Source: Narcine bancroftii (Eukaryota). From it: a stretch of DNA of 64,000 bases. Location: NCBI RefSeq assembly GCF_036971445.1, contig NC_091477.1, forward strand, positions 12,524,001 through 12,588,000, in the 5' to 3' direction. Below are positions 1 to 57,300 of the stretch, in pieces; within the stretch, counting starts at the first letter, position 1; each line of letters opens with the position of its first letter. Both the position numbers and the translations under genes were made by a program. The notes below the pieces were generated by a model that was given only the letters and a program-made list of their open reading frames with translations, had not been told where the DNA came from and searched no databases.

Positions 1-59
1 ATTAAAATGTGGTTTTATCTTTTCTGAAAAGGTTCATGTCAGTAATGGTGACTCAAACT

Positions 60-595
60 TCAATCATTGTACAGTTTTGGGCTCCTTATTTAAGAGTGAG
101 GTGCTGGCATTGGAGAGTGTTCAGAGAAATTTCACAAGAATAACTCCTGGAATGAAAGGATTAGCATATGAGGAATGTTTGACTGCTCTAGGACTGCACT
201 GCTTAGAGATCAGAAGAATGGAGGGAGGCGGGGGGGGGGGGGACCTCATAGAAGCATTTTGAACATTGAAAGCCCAAGACAGAATAGATGTGGCAAAGCT
301 GTTTCTCATGGTAGGGGAGTCTAGGACTTCAGGATTGAAGCGTGCCCACTTAAAACTGAGATGTGGAGGAATTTCTTTAGCCAAGGAATGGTGAACCTCC
401 CTACCATGTAGAAGCCAGATCATTGGGTGTATTTAAGACAGTGATTTATAGGTATCTGAATGGTCAGGGTATCAAAAGTTATGGGGAGAAGGCAGGAGAG
501 AGGAGCTGAGTGCAAGAATGGACCACCTCATGATGGAATGCTGGAACACATTCAATGGGCTGAATAGCCTACTTCTGCTCTATATCTTATGGTCT
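60..595 (+). mobile_element. CR1-type LINE 3' fragment
   Basis: LALESVQRNFTRITPGMKGLAYEE..DLIEAF and CR1-like 3' tail. Confidence 0.8.
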
Positions 596-3500
596 AAAAC
601 CTGGTTCACCAATTCCATTCAATGAACAAAATTGTTGCACCTTGTGTTGTTTTTTCTGTGCACAATGAAAAGCTGCAAGTAGATGTTGGCAAGTCCCTGA
701 GCTGAGCACAGGCCATCTCTTCCCAGGTGTTGAGTGGTCTGCCTTCAGCCACCATAGATCTCAGGTACTGTTCCATAACCCCAATTCACGACCTTGACTG
801 GCTGACTTGTGACTGGAGCTAGCTGGTGATTTCTCCTGTGTTTCTGTAACAAGGTAAAAACACCAAAATGCTGGAGGAACTCAGCTGGTCTATTCAGCAT
901 CTGTAGGAGACAAAGATATGTCACTGATGATTAAAACTGAGCCTTTTCTAATGTCCTTGCTACCAATGCAGAATTGCAAAAGCACATGTCCAATTTCATC
1001 CGCAGTGTTCAATGCAGGATAAATATCAACTAAAGTTCTTTGGGTTATGGAATCACAGCAGAGTAATGAATGCTGGTTGCTCTTTAGCCAGCCTTAAAGC
1101 ACAAAAATCAATTGCAAAGCAACTCCAGTCAGAGACCCAGGCATAAACCTTCAGTTAAACCATTGTAAATTTATAACTCTTCAAAATCCAAAAACAATTT
1201 CAACTATTAATAATCAACAGTGAAAGTTCACTAGAAATTACAAATAAATGTACCAGATATCTTTATCCATTAGTTTCCAGATGGAGAAATTAGATTGTAA
1301 ATACACTGAAGAATGTGAGACAATATTTTTTAAAATTCTCTGACTGTGCAAAAGAGTTTCTTTAATCCAAAAAGATCAATAGTGACATTCAGGGCTTATG
1401 TCAGTTCAATTAAACCCTCAAGATTTATCCCCTCCCACTTTGCAATCGTTAGTCAGAAGTATATAATTGAGATCCACATTACTCTAAGCACAACTACTAG
1501 CTTTCTGTTTTTTTGGGCAAAATTATATTGTCATTACAGAGTTTAAATGCTTCCTAAAAATGACCTTTTCCATATCCAACATCTGTAATAAGGCAGTTTA
1601 AAGGGTATAATGTCTGATTTAAAAAAAAAGAATGAGGTAATGCTTATCAGTATTTTTTTAGTGAAGATTGACAAGGTCTAGCTTTTCAATATTTTGGCCA
1701 CTCTTATTACTTGACAAACAGGCACCTTTATTGGTTCTATCCAATTATTTGAAAAAAAAAACATTTATGTTCCAGAAGACTAATAGAAATAAGAATGAAT
1801 TATGTGGAATAGATACAATTAATCCTGAGCAAGCTCCATGTTTTCGAAACTCATTTGTGGACACCTTGGGAGGTAATTGTGAGATGCATAACCAAAAAAT
1901 AAAGATTGAGCGATATGTGCTGATTCGTGAAGTGGAATGTGGGGGTAGCCTATTATACTGTTTTAATTTGTTACACACGCTGCCAGAGGGTTCTAGGTTT
2001 GGAAACTACTCCAGGAATGCTGAATAAATGCTGCATTGAAGCATTTTCTTTTCTGCCTGCGCATGTTCAATGTTGATCATTAGCCATCCCACAACGTGGA
2101 AGGGACAAGGAAAGCAACTTTTAGTTGGATGTGGAAGTCATTGCTGTTTCAGACAAATGGGTGTGTTTGCCGCCTCCATGTTCTGAATATATCGTGGCGA
2201 TCAAGTGGTACATAAATGCATGAATTTCTTTTATTTTGATTCACTCCTGGCCTGGGCTGCATTGGCCAGGGAGAACACCTCTGTGCATCAGTGATAATAG
2301 TTGTGCCTGGATTATTTCTAATGGCTTCCTATGGGCATCTTTGCTTCAGGGTGCTCAGAGATGACTTCAGCCCAGAGGGTGAAAGCTGATGGAAAAAAAA
2401 AATTATAATACATTATTATATATAGAAAATGTAAAATACCCAGGTGAAAAGTAAATGTTTAAAAATGACAGAGCTGAGATGGCACTCCTGAACAGCAATT
2501 AGTTAAACATGATAATACCGTTGGATCTTAAAGATATGTTAGCACAATGCATCTATCTCACTGTACATTTGGCATCACTGTCTGCCACATGTAATATTCC
2601 TGATGCCATTTGCATTTGTTTTGTAACAGTGCATTGTCTGTATGTTTAAGATGTAAGACAATCTCTTATGTGCTATTTGGTTCACCTTCAGTGTAGAAGC
2701 ATGCAGGGGTAGATGCACAAGCACTGCACAATATGAACCCATAAAGGGTATGGTTGTTGTACAAGAATGTGTTACCTTTTGATTATTTATGATGTGGATT
2801 TTTTTTTGTAATGTGTTCATGGAGTCCTGGGTGAAGGAAACAGTAATAAAGCAGGATTTCATTGTGCAGAGTAATAATTTTTTTTTTTCTGAAACATCAT
2901 TCACATGAAATAAACGTCTATTAAGGACTCTGGTACACACAAACCAGAGCTGGAGACAATGAATGGTCAGCAAGTCTAGCTTATGCTACCAGTTTCAAAA
3001 CTACTTGATACAAGTGTCATGCACATTGACAGTAAAACTATTATATTTAAATAAGATTTAAATACTTATTGTCAGGGGCTGTCCAATGGTATTTATAACA
3101 GGATTAGAATGCAGATTTGCAACTAATTAACTTGAAGTTGGCTTTTCAATGCCACCAACATGTGAAGTGCTCCATATACATCCTAAATTAGTCAACATTT
3201 ATAAATGTGCCTTTAAGTTCTAATAGAGAACGCAACCCTAAATCCCCTTTGAAACACAGCAGCCTGGAAGACACTGTGATTGTAGAAATGCTGAAGGAAC
3301 TCAGCTGGTCTCGTGACGTCCATAGGAGGTAACGGTGTTATTACCGATGTTTTGGGCCTGAGACTTTCTTCAAGGTATGAGCAAAGAATAGAAAGGTGTC
3401 AGAATAAAGACCAGGATAGGGGAGGATGGGAAACCCTTTTGCCTGCTCAAGTTTCTGCTGTGTTTCTCCTTGCTTTCATTTCAACATTCACTTCTCATCA

Positions 3501-5824
3501 GTGACACAATGTTCTAAAGAGCTCAAAGCTCAGTTGGATTAATCTCATGGCAATTCGTGCTAGTAGCACAACTACTTTTGGGGAAAAAAAAAGACTCACC
3601 TGTTTACACAGGCTTTCAGATGGGCATTTTAGTCACATTATATTTGAAATCAGTGTTACCAGACATATTGTTGAACATCCAGCCTAATATTACAACCAGA
3701 GCATCACAGCGCCAACAGAGTCCACTCAGTTCATTGTGTTAGTGTTAGCTTTTTAAGAGAGGCATCAAAAATAAACCAACATAACCATGTTGCCTTGTAT
3801 TTTTACCTCCAAAACATACAGGGGTTGTAGGTTATTTGGGGTATTTGGACAGCACCAGGTCGTAGGCTGGAATGCCCTGTTACTGTGCTGTACGTCTAAA
3901 ATTAAAATCCAGTATTATTTAATCCCTCTATCAAATGCTTTCACCACAGTAACAGGCTATTACATAAAAAAAATGCCCCTGGGTCTTCTGCCATTCATCC
4001 CAAACCCATGTCCTCCAGTTACAGATCTTTTTGACAAACAGAAAATATTCTTCCTCTGATGGATGGAATTTTCTTCCCCCTTTACAACTCATAATTGTCT
4101 CAAGAGTCTGTCTCTGTTTATTTAAATTTAGATTCATGAATAATAATTTGGCACAAAACAATAGCAGATGAGAAAAGGGATTCTACATATTAATTCATCA
4201 CTGCTGGGAAATATTGACTCCCATGAATGACATTCATTTGTTTCATTAAATTCTTTCAGCCGTTTTTTTTCCTCCTGTGCTCTATGCCCACTGTTCATGT
4301 TTTCCTAATGTTAGTTCTAATATTACCGTTTGCTGGTTTGGACTTGTGCCTCTCGTTCTCCTTCCCTGCTTTAGTCCATAGTAATTGCCCTGGCTAACTT
4401 TTGCAAACCCTCAACAACCTTGAATATCCTTATAAGACCACATTGCAAAACAGCTACAGACTGTTCCAAGCTCCTCTGTCTTAACCCCTGACATTGGAAA
4501 ATTAATGCTTTAGAGTCTGGAGAGAGGTGTTACAGAGAGAAAAAAAACTAAGCACACTTTTTGTTTTGTTTGCATTATCACTTAAGGCAAAACCAGTGCT
4601 TAGCTGCAGACAAGCAAATGCACGGGCTGTGAGCAGTTGAAATTGTTCTTCCCAGACACAACTTAACAGGCATCACCATCTTCCTGTTTCTGGCCCACAG
4701 CAGCTTCCTTCTGCCAACCTGCTCGCCTACTGCCTGAAGCACAAATGGTTACCATGGGGACGTCCAGTCAAAAAAAAAGACAGGGCAAAGATACCCAAAG
4801 ATAAATCCCTTTAAAACAGAATAACCATGCACTTCATGAAGGATGTACACTCGAGATCTGTGAATGAGTACATTCATGTCCCTAAAATTGTAAGAACAAA
4901 TGAAAGCTTTCTTTGCATTTGAAGGCTGCAGTGCTCCAAGGTGCTTGGTGATGTTGCAGAGAACAGTGGCTTTGGGTAGCTCAATGTCTCACCCTGCTGA
5001 CAGCTGGTAGTTATTACATCTCATGAAGAGAGAGCATGCCAAATAGCCATTAAACAGGCAGTTCTTCCTAAAAGTTGAACAACTTTCGAGCACACACGAG
5101 AATATGTTTCTATGAAATATACAAAATGTAGGTGCCACTGGCATTTGAAAATGTGATGAGTGTTCTCCACCTTGAATTATTGATACCTTGCGGTGCAGAT
5201 ATTCTTGTGGCAAAGGAGGCAGTAAAATATTTATACCCAACAATAGAGGAATGGTCATAAATTTCCATGTTAATGTAGATGGATACTTGATGGTTGGCAT
5301 GACGAGATGGGCCAAAAGGCTGTGACCACTCTTGCACCAAAGACTCTTTTGTGAAACAGTTCATGAGTGGATCCTTATTTTTCATTTCCCCATAATTTCC
5401 AGCCTCACTTTGACTCTTTGTGTGTGTGTTGGGGTGGGATTAACGGAATATGCATGTTTGGAAAGTTACATTCAGTTTTCAGAGGGGCAAGATGTAAATT
5501 CTGCATGGCTACAATTCATCAAGGATCAGGGAAAATAAAACCTTTCCCGATAGGCTTTGGGGCGACTTTTATTCATTGGTCAAAAATCAACATACAATAA
5601 CCTATACAGTATAAGCATTCAGCCTGTTCAGCCATTTAATAAAAATATGCCTGATTTGTCTCCAAGTCCATAAACCTGACTGTTAGTACTTCTCAGGTTA
5701 AGAAGTAAAACAAGGATGTCTGCAGACACTGTGGTTGAAGTAAAAACAAATGCTGGAGAACCATTTGGCCAACCATTTCAGTTCTATGCCCCACTCCCAT
5801 GGTTCAACTGTTGTCAAATATTAA

Positions 5825-6660
5825 TAACTTGGGTAGCAATGAAGTAGTAAATTTGCAGATTACACCAAAATTTGTGGGACGACGGACAGCGAAGGAGGTT
5901 ACCTGAGTGACAAGAGTATCTTGATCAATTGGAAAAGTGGGTAAAGGAGTGGTAAATGGAACTTTGCTCTGACAAGTGTGAGTTAATGCAATTTGGTAAC
6001 CAGGGCAGGACTTATACAAGGTACAGTTGGGGGCTGGAGAACAGAGAAATGTACAGGGGTTGTAGTTTAATTGAGTTATTTGGGCAGCACAGGCCGGAAA
6101 AGCATATACTGTACTGTATGTCTAAACTAAACCTGACACAGTGGATAGTTGGCCATGGGTATTATAGGACAAAGAAACCTGAGGTACAAATGAAGTTACC
6201 TGAACCTAAAGGTGGTGAAGAAGTCATTTGGCGTGCTTTCATTCAAGTGGATTATTGGGTACAAAGGTTGGGACCTCACAATTCAGCTGTAAGTGGTATT
6301 AGTGATACCACACTCGAGTACCAAGCGCAGTTCTGGTTACCCAACTAGACAAAAGACATCAATAAATTGGAGGCAGCGCTGAGATTCACCAGGATGGAGG
6401 CAGGGCTGTGGAGGCTTGAGTCATTGGGAGAGCTTGGAAAGGCTGAGTCTTTATTCCCTTGAGACAAAGAGGCTGAGGAGTGATCTCACAGAAGTCTACA
6501 ACATCATGAGGGACATGATTAAAGTGATTGCTTAGTCTTTTTTATTTATGGAAAGTGCTCAGAAGGATATGGCCCAAATACAGACCAATGAGACCAACCC
6601 AGAATCCCATCTTGAAAGTATGGACAAGTTGGGCTGAAGGGCTTGTTCCATGCTGGTTAA
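5825..6660 (+). mobile_element. Degraded CR1-type LINE fragment with small SINE piece
   Basis: aaatttgcagattacaccaaa (KFADDTK-like) and decayed C-terminal RT region. Confidence 0.7.
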
Positions 6661-7434
6661 CTAATAATAATCGAATCTCAGATCTCAGATTTTAATTTAA
6701 CAATTTATTGGACCATTGCAAAAGTGTTCAAATTATCCAACCTTTTCAAAAACAAATATATTTGAATGCTAAGAAATACAAACATAGATTACATAATACC
6801 TTTCAACTTAATGCTTGGAGTCCATGTGATACTCCGAAATTGTGCACAAATTAGGCCATTTAATGGGTCATTGTGCAGAGATTTTATTATAAAAAAACTT
6901 CCACTTGCATTCAGACTAAACTTATCTCTAGCCACCCAATTCCTGCAACTACTCTTGCAATTATTATTTATTGTAAAAATTAATCAGTCTTTGAGGTTTA
7001 AGGCCTCAACTTCTCACAAGTATTCTCAGATGCTGTTTTATCACTCCGATTAGTTAAAAATAGTAGAGAATTTGACCCCTCGTCCTGCTCCACCGTTCAA
7101 TGAAGATCTTTTACCTCAGCGCCCCCCCATATTCCCACACTAATCTCAGTTCCTTTAACATTCAAATATATCTGCAACTGAGCCTCAACACCCATTAAGA
7201 TTAGAGATTGCCAATGTAATTTTTTTCTCATCTGTGGCACCCTCACCCTACATTGACACTGGCAGGCCCAGTGAGAATTTATGTTTCAATAAATTCACTT
7301 CTCATTCTACGAACTCAAGCCAGCAACGAAGCAATTTGCTTATGCAAAAAGGAAACAAGATGTAACATTCTAGGGGGGGGGGTGGCATTAAATAAAAGAT
7401 TTTCAAGATCTTCCAGCTTATTTACTACCATCTA

Positions 7435-7655
7435 GGGCAGCATGGTTCGTGTAGCAGTCACCACAGTGCTATTACAGCGTTAGCGACCAGGTTTGAATCT
7501 GACACTGTAAGGAGTTTGTACACTCTCCCCGGGTCTGCATAGGTTTTCTCTGGGAATTCCAGTTCCTCCCACTTTTCATAGGTTAATTGGGTTATTTAGG
7601 TGGCAAGGGCTTGTGGGCTGGAAGGGTCTGTAACTGTACTGTATGTCCAAATTAA
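7435..7655 (+). mobile_element. V-SINE-like element
   Basis: Same family as 32505-32735. Confidence 0.7.
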
Positions 7656-7987
7656 CAATTAAATTTCTGAATAAAGATCGTAATAAGAGAATAAAGGAAT
7701 AACATTTATAGTTGGCAGGGATTGGTCTTAAATTCCCACTTCTTAAAACTGTTCCTTGTTTCCAGATGCAAAACTTCTGATATGACACTTCAGGAAAAAT
7801 ATAGTACAAAGCAATGAGAGAATTTCCATTGCGTTTTAATTTTTTTTCCATTCAGTTACATATTGACAACTAGAATACATTCTGTTACAATAAAATATAA
7901 AAGGCAAACCCTGAAAGGTCAAAGCAGATAGAAAAGCATTACAGCTGACAATCAAGGTGAAGCCAAAGACCTTTATTCTGTTGCATA

Positions 7988-50811
<42,824 letters not shown>

Positions 50812-50994
50812 GGTGCAGGACACACGGGCGGCTTGCCTCCAGTTCGTCGGCGAAAGGCTTCCCTCAGCCAGCAGCATGGATCACCCCGAGCACGGGGAAG
50901 GGGAAAGACGTGACACCGCGCGGTGCACTGTGGGTACTGTAGTTTATTGGGCCCGTCCGCCCTTTTCATCGCCTACAAATCCCAGCAAACTTTC

Positions 50995-51044
50995 ACCATT
51001 TCCCAGACCCGACCCCTCGGCAGCTGGAGCTGGTCGGTGGAGGG
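50995..51044 (+). other. NUDCD2: Putative non-coding first exon of NUDCD2 (5' end uncertain)
   Basis: Donor GGG|gtaagc at 51045 at the edge of the CpG region; the NUDCD2 ATG lies 2 nt after an acceptor (ttttag|TC ATG, 54157). Confidence 0.55.
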
Positions 51045-51808
51045 GTAAGCACTTCGCAAAGGCATTAAAGTGACTCCGCCACTGGGTATTTTCGATGAAG
51101 TCGGTTTATGTTGTGTATTTTTATGACATCCAGTTTAAAGTAACTGCTCTTTCTGGCAATGATGAACCTTTGACTCGGTTTTTGGGGCGCTTTGGATCAG
51201 TGGACCCCTTGAACTCCCATTCCATCTTAAAATAACTGCTCTGACATTAGTAAGGTGGGAGGTGAGTGGGAAGGGAAGGTGGAGGATCACTGCTTGGAGG
51301 CCCATTTGTGAACAAAATATTTTGCATGAGAAAAATTGTCATTGGCCCATTTCCTGTGGCGTGATGAGACCGTGCACATAACGAGTCCATGAGGTACGAT
51401 TAAAACAAACCTTTTTCTTTCCACTCACCTACCCATCTTGCCTGTAATGTTATCTTACAATGTAAGAGCACCTATGGCCATTTGGATTGCTTAAGGTGGA
51501 ATGTGAGTTTGGGGCAGTTTGAAAACCACTATTTTAGATGACTAGTACAACGATTAAGTGGTTACAGTACAGGTCGGGGTGAGGGAGATGTCTTGGACTA
51601 GTTTGGTTCCCGTGTGTGAGTGGAAAAGGAATTGCACTTGCGACTGCAAACATTGTTCCAAGGCGTCTTCTCTGTATTGTGTTAGATGCACAAGAGAGGC
51701 TTTCATTGATGATCACTGTCCATAAATATTATAAGAGAGAAGTTGAATTTTTAATTGCATTTTGTCAATCTTCAATTAATCATGATATCGCAAACAGCAC
51801 AATAATGA

Positions 51809-53380
51809 TAGGCCCTTTTATAGGAAAAAAAAAAGAGAATGCAAAGCCAGAGATTCATCTGTACATCACTGCACTTACCGCCATAAAAGGCAGATGGCCT
51901 AAAAACTTTTTTTTAATGCTGCAACTCTGCATTAAAGCTGGCTCAAGGAAAAAAAAGGTGAATTTACTTTTTATGGTGATGCGGATCTAGTGCCTTTATG
52001 GAGAGCAGAGTCGGGAGCTGTCTTCAGGAGCTAAGGGAGGCAGGGCAAATGTCATCACCGTGACATCAAACATATGCACCAACAAGTGAAAAATGAATGT
52101 AGACATTCCCTCCCATCTAAAAGAACAAAAAACTTTAACCATCACTCATGTAAATAGAATAATGATGCTTTAGAGACAAATCGTGGTTGCAATTGCCCTG
52201 TATTTGAACACACTGAGTGCTTTATAATTACTGCTTGGGTCATGGGCTGACGACATCATCAGCCCTCCCCTTTGCAGCTTTTATGGAGGAGGTGGAGCAA
52301 CTACATTCCACCTTTCATCCAACTTCCCTTCCCACCCCCACCCAGGTGGATGAAAGCTGAAGTGTATTCCAGCAGTCCATCTGCTTTCAGACTTTTTATG
52401 GAGGTAAGTGCAGCGATGTAAAAATGGAGAACCTCTGGGTATTTTCATTGAGTGACACCTGCATTAAAACCTACTCCACGGGGAAAAAAGTTGAACTGAC
52501 CTTATTATGGAGAAGGTCTATAAGGCTGCTCCAGCATTGCTTTTATAGAGAGCAGCGCCTGGAGCTGAGAGAGGCAGAGTGAGTGGTGCAGAAACACCAC
52601 CTGTCGCCGTGAGATCAAACATACGTGCCGAGCAATGACAGTCTTCGTTACCCATAATCCCTCTCACAGCTGGAACCACTCTGGCCATTGATCCCACATT
52701 AAATCAAAAAAAGGTTCACATTATAAAACCTGAGGCTCCTTCTAGCTCTTCTGCTCAGCGCTGCCCCTCCGGCATGATGCGCCTGGCTCTTGGCTCCCTT
52801 CGTTCATCCATTGTCTCCCTGCTCCATATCCACTCCTCAGCATCTCTCTTCCTTCCTCACAGGCCATGGAGCTTAGCACCCGGGTCCATTGCCCTCTGGG
52901 TCCAGTGCCTCGGCGGGCTGTGACTCTCCTTTGCCCTCCCCCGGGCCTCCACACTCTTTGGGCTGGATTCTTTCCAATCCCCATTACCTTGCACATGCAT
53001 TCCTGCTCTTTCCGGCTCCTCACTGCCCTCCTGCCCCGGTCTCAGTGAAGAAGTGAGGGGTGGAGGGGGAATGGGAAGAGGACATTTCCAGGTAGCAGGA
53101 GGGAGCCCTAATTCCAGCATCAGTCATCATGGTAGTGGGGCTCCTGGGTCATGTAAGCATCCGCATTCAGCGGTATTGCCTTTATGGAGCAAGGTGGAGT
53201 GACTCACTTCACCTGTGAGACTACCAATCTAGACAGATCAGAGTCCACATCCAGCATTTTTATAAAGGTAGGTGAAGCAATGAGAAGACAGAGAATATCT
53301 GCCTTTATATTTGCTTTTATTTCCACTACAAAAATGCCTGTCTTTATATTCACCTTTTCTGTTCTCTATAAAAGGGCCTA
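51809..53380. mobile_element. Non-autonomous DNA transposon (PIF/Harbinger-like) with 15-bp perfect inverted ends
   Basis: taggcccttttatag 51809-51823 and ctataaaagggccta 53366-53380; internal subrepeats; related partial element starts at 53393. Confidence 0.65.
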
Positions 53381-54158
53381 ATCTTGTAACAGTAGGCCTT
53401 TTTATAGTGGGGGGATAAAAATGAATGTAAAGGTGGATATTCTCTACCTTTACATCACTTCACTTACCTTGAAGAAAACTCTCAGGGCAGATTCAGCAGG
53501 TGAACTCTGATCTGCCTAGGGGGGTATATTCAAAGATGGAATGAGGCTGCTCCACCTCCTCCGTGAAGTCAATTCCACTGAAAGCAGCTCCAAAAGGGCG
53601 GACTGATGATGTCGCGATGATGCCGTGAGCCCACGACCCTGGAGCGCGATTTTTAAAATCAGAAGGTTAATATAGCTAATTGCGTTGCGCAGGAGATCTA
53701 CCTGAGTCTTAAGACTGCTTGAACAGATCTCCACCAGCACTCTTAACTGCTCTTCAGTCACCATTGTCGAGTAGAGGCTACTTTCCCTTCTTGTTTGATG
53801 TCAGAGTGATGGGTGGCGTGACTACACCACTCACCCCGCCTCCCTCAGCTTCATAAGACAGCTCCCAATGTTGCTGAGTTGAGGCATGTTCACTTTTTTT
53901 TAATGTTGTGCTGCCTTTAATGCAGGTTTGCACCTTTTAAAAAAAAAGTCTTAAATATGATTCATGGTTGTGGTAGAGATCATGACACTTTGCATGTTGA
54001 TAAATCCGAGAAAAGGGACATTTTTGTAATGAAGTTTGGAGGCAGTTTTTTTTTTAAGCTCATTAATTACTTTGGTGGGTTCCTTTCTAACACTATAATG
54101 ATTATCTTTATCATCATTTCCTTGCACAATGTTAAAGAAAAACTATATCTTTTTAGTC

Positions 54159-54347
54159 ATGTCAGTTCATTTTGAAGAACGAAGCGGGATTGTGCCCTGC
54201 AAGACACCATGGGGTGAATGGTATCAAACCATGGATGAAGTTTTTATTGATGTCCATGTCCCACTTGGAACATCCGCAAAAGATGTTAAGTGTAGCCTGA
54301 GCAGTAAAGACATTGCTTTGTCTGTCAAGGGGACCATCATTCTGAAG
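54159..54347 (+). CDS. NUDCD2: NUDCD2 coding exon 1
   Basis: MSVHFEERSG..KGTIILK|gtaaac. Confidence 0.95.
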
Positions 54348-57300
54348 GTAAACCGATCTATTAACATTCTGCTTTTGTGTCCAGACGTGAACTCTCTGCA
54401 TTGCACCTTTTCTGATCCATCTACTGCGTTAGATCCTTTTTTGGAGGAATTTCAATGATCCAGCTTGTGACAATTTTTAAGTTAAGATGGGATACATTTT
54501 TCATTAAAATAAGTATTTCAGTGTGTGTGCTTTTTAATGATTATTGATATGCCTATTGTATATTTTTAGATATTATATTGAATTACTATTTTTAATCTAT
54601 GATTTTATGTTGGTACGTTAATTATTCATGGACTGCTTTTGGAACTCGATGAGCTCTAGTCAGTTTTACACGTCGCAAAAAAAAAACCCAAGTTGACTAA
54701 AGACTGAACATGCTTATTTAGTATAAGTAGATTAAGGAAAAGAAAGTTATACTCTGAAGAAATTGCTGCATAAACTAATATTGTTCTGGCATGGAAACTC
54801 CAAAGAACACAAATATACAAAGAAACGCAAAAACACAAAGAACACAATATAGTATTTGCAAGTAAAGAATGGAATTAAAGACCAGGAAGCTGTTTTTTTT
54901 ATAAAAAAAAACTAATACAGGTCCTGTCTTTATACAGTGCCCTGAATAACCAGTGAACCTTTCTTTATCAGGGCAAACTTTATGGCTCTATTGTGGCTGA
55001 TGAAGGAACCTGGACGTTAGGTAGGCAATAATTTTGGGATTGAGTGCTTCAGGATGAGAACCTGTCCGATCTTATCATTATATTAAGATGGAAAATAAAA
55101 GTGTAATTTGAAATAAACTGTTACTTTCTTCTGTCTCAAACAAAATGTACCCTCTGGTAGAGGATAATAAGCAGGTGTCTATTGTGCTCGTGAAAAGTAA
55201 TCGAGAAGCTGGGAACTGTTGGTCTTCATTACTGGAAGGACAGTATAACGCTGACCCTTTAATCCAAGATGAGATGCAGAAGAAACTCACACTGGAGAGG
55301 TTCCAACGGGAGGTAACTCTTTCATGTGTAGTTTCCTATTTAGTTATAATAAGTATCAGGAGATAACGTCATCAGACTTCACAAAATCACTCCAGGTATA
55401 GGAGCAGAAGTAGGCCTATCATGTCTGCTCCACCATTCTATCCTGAACTGCCCCACTCCCTGGCTTTCTCCCCGTTAATCCTTGACACCCTGACTAATCA
55501 AATACCTGTCAATTTGTGCCTTAAGTACACCCTAACGACCTTGCTTCCATAGCTGCCAGTGGCCACAAGTTGCATAGAATCACAGCCCTCTGACTATAAA
55601 GAAAATTTTCCCTACCTCTGTTTTAAATTGACACTCTTTTATCCAGAAGTTCAACATTCAAAATGTCTCAATGAGGTCCCCGCTCATCCTCTGTACTCCA
55701 TTGTCTGGATCTTTTTTTTGGGGGGGGGGGGGGGGTGGGGGGAAATGCTTGACGAAAAGAAAATTTGAAATAGCTAAATTTCTACATCCATACACTTTAG
55801 TGGCTACAAACCTGATGGCAACAGTGTTAGATTTGGCAGACACAAAACAGTGCTGAATTTCTGTTGCTAGACAATTTGAGTTACAGAGCATTTTCTAATT
55901 TTTTTTTTCTTTTTAAAAATCCTCTAACACACCCATAGTTTCTGACATCATGACTGAAAGCATCAATAGTTTGACTCAACTAAAGTGTAATGCAGAAAAA
56001 AGAGTGGAAATAGTAAGTCAATTTTGGAATCAAGATGTTGCAATAAAAGATGAGAATACTATTCAAAATTACCAAGCCATTTGAACTTAGGACTCTGCTG
56101 AACTTATTCCTCTCAACAAAAAATTACTGTTCATTTTCTTTTGCCACTCTTTAAGTCAGGCAGGACGGTTAAATGGTTGGCACAATGCTATAACATCACC
56201 AGTGATCTGGGTTCGAATCGAATGCTGTCTATGTGGGTTCTTTCTGGGTGTTCGAATTTCCTCCCACCCTTCAAAAATATATGGGGTTAATATGTTAATA
56301 GGTCACATGGGTGTATTTAGGGCAGTGCAGGCTTGTAGGCCAGAAAGACCTGTTACCAGGTTTGCCAGATGAAATACTGGTTAAAGGTCTCCAAATTTAT
56401 CATATCATATCATCATTTAAAGCAACGCTCCACAGGAAAGAAGGATTTGAGGAGTAATTTCTTTGATTTCCCCTTTTTGCTTCTGGCCCTTTTAATGTGC
56501 TCTGCCATTGCCCTTGTAGTGAATTGAGAACTATGGTTGCAGCATGCTAGATGAATATTTCCTGCTCTTTCTTAAGGTGACATCTGAGGTAGACAGAAAC
56601 AGAGAGGTCAGGAGGACCTTGTGAGGAGGCTTGAAAACTGGAGGAAAGTGATGTTGAATTTCAGAAACATGAAGGTTCACAATAGAATATTTATTTTGTT
56701 GGAAATAAGTTGGGACCTTTGAAGTGTGCCTACAAAGCAGGAGATCCTGGATGTAAACCATGCAAAAACATATTTTGTAAAATAAGTTTGATCAGCAACA
56801 TTTTAGAAAAAAACTAGTTTTAGAGCAAGGCATCCTTTGACCCACCATCTAAAGGATCTATCATCCATCTTCCATTACCGGTTGCCATAGCGGTTAGTGC
56901 AACGCTTTTACAGTGACAAAGATCGGGACAGGAATTTGAATCCCATGCTGTCTGTAAGGAGTTTGCACGTTCTCCCCAAGTCCGTGTGGGTTTTCACTGG
57001 CTCTCCGGTTTTCAAAATATACCAGGAGTGTAGGTTAATTGGGTGGTACAGACTGGTGAGCCGAAATGGTCTGTTACCGTGCTGTATGTCTAAATTTAAT
57101 AAATTTAACACCATCTTTCAGTGATCCTACTTTTTTATTCTCCCCATATTGTGTGAAATGCTTTGATATTAAAGGAAAAAAAAATATTTTGAAGGAAACA
57201 TAAACAGAACAAATAATGAAAGTGGTGAAATAGTGAAAACTGACATTTTATTTATATTCCTTCTTTGCTGTAACTTAAAATTATTCAGCAGGCTGAACCT

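Noticed and set aside
1960-2395. Minus-strand acceptor-like site (about 2387) and short ORFs
   Set aside because: No recognisable protein similarity or consistent frame.
7972-7977. Minus-strand AATAAA about 10 nt after the LARS1 stop
   Set aside because: Cannot be told apart from other candidates such as 6704-6709 without transcript data.
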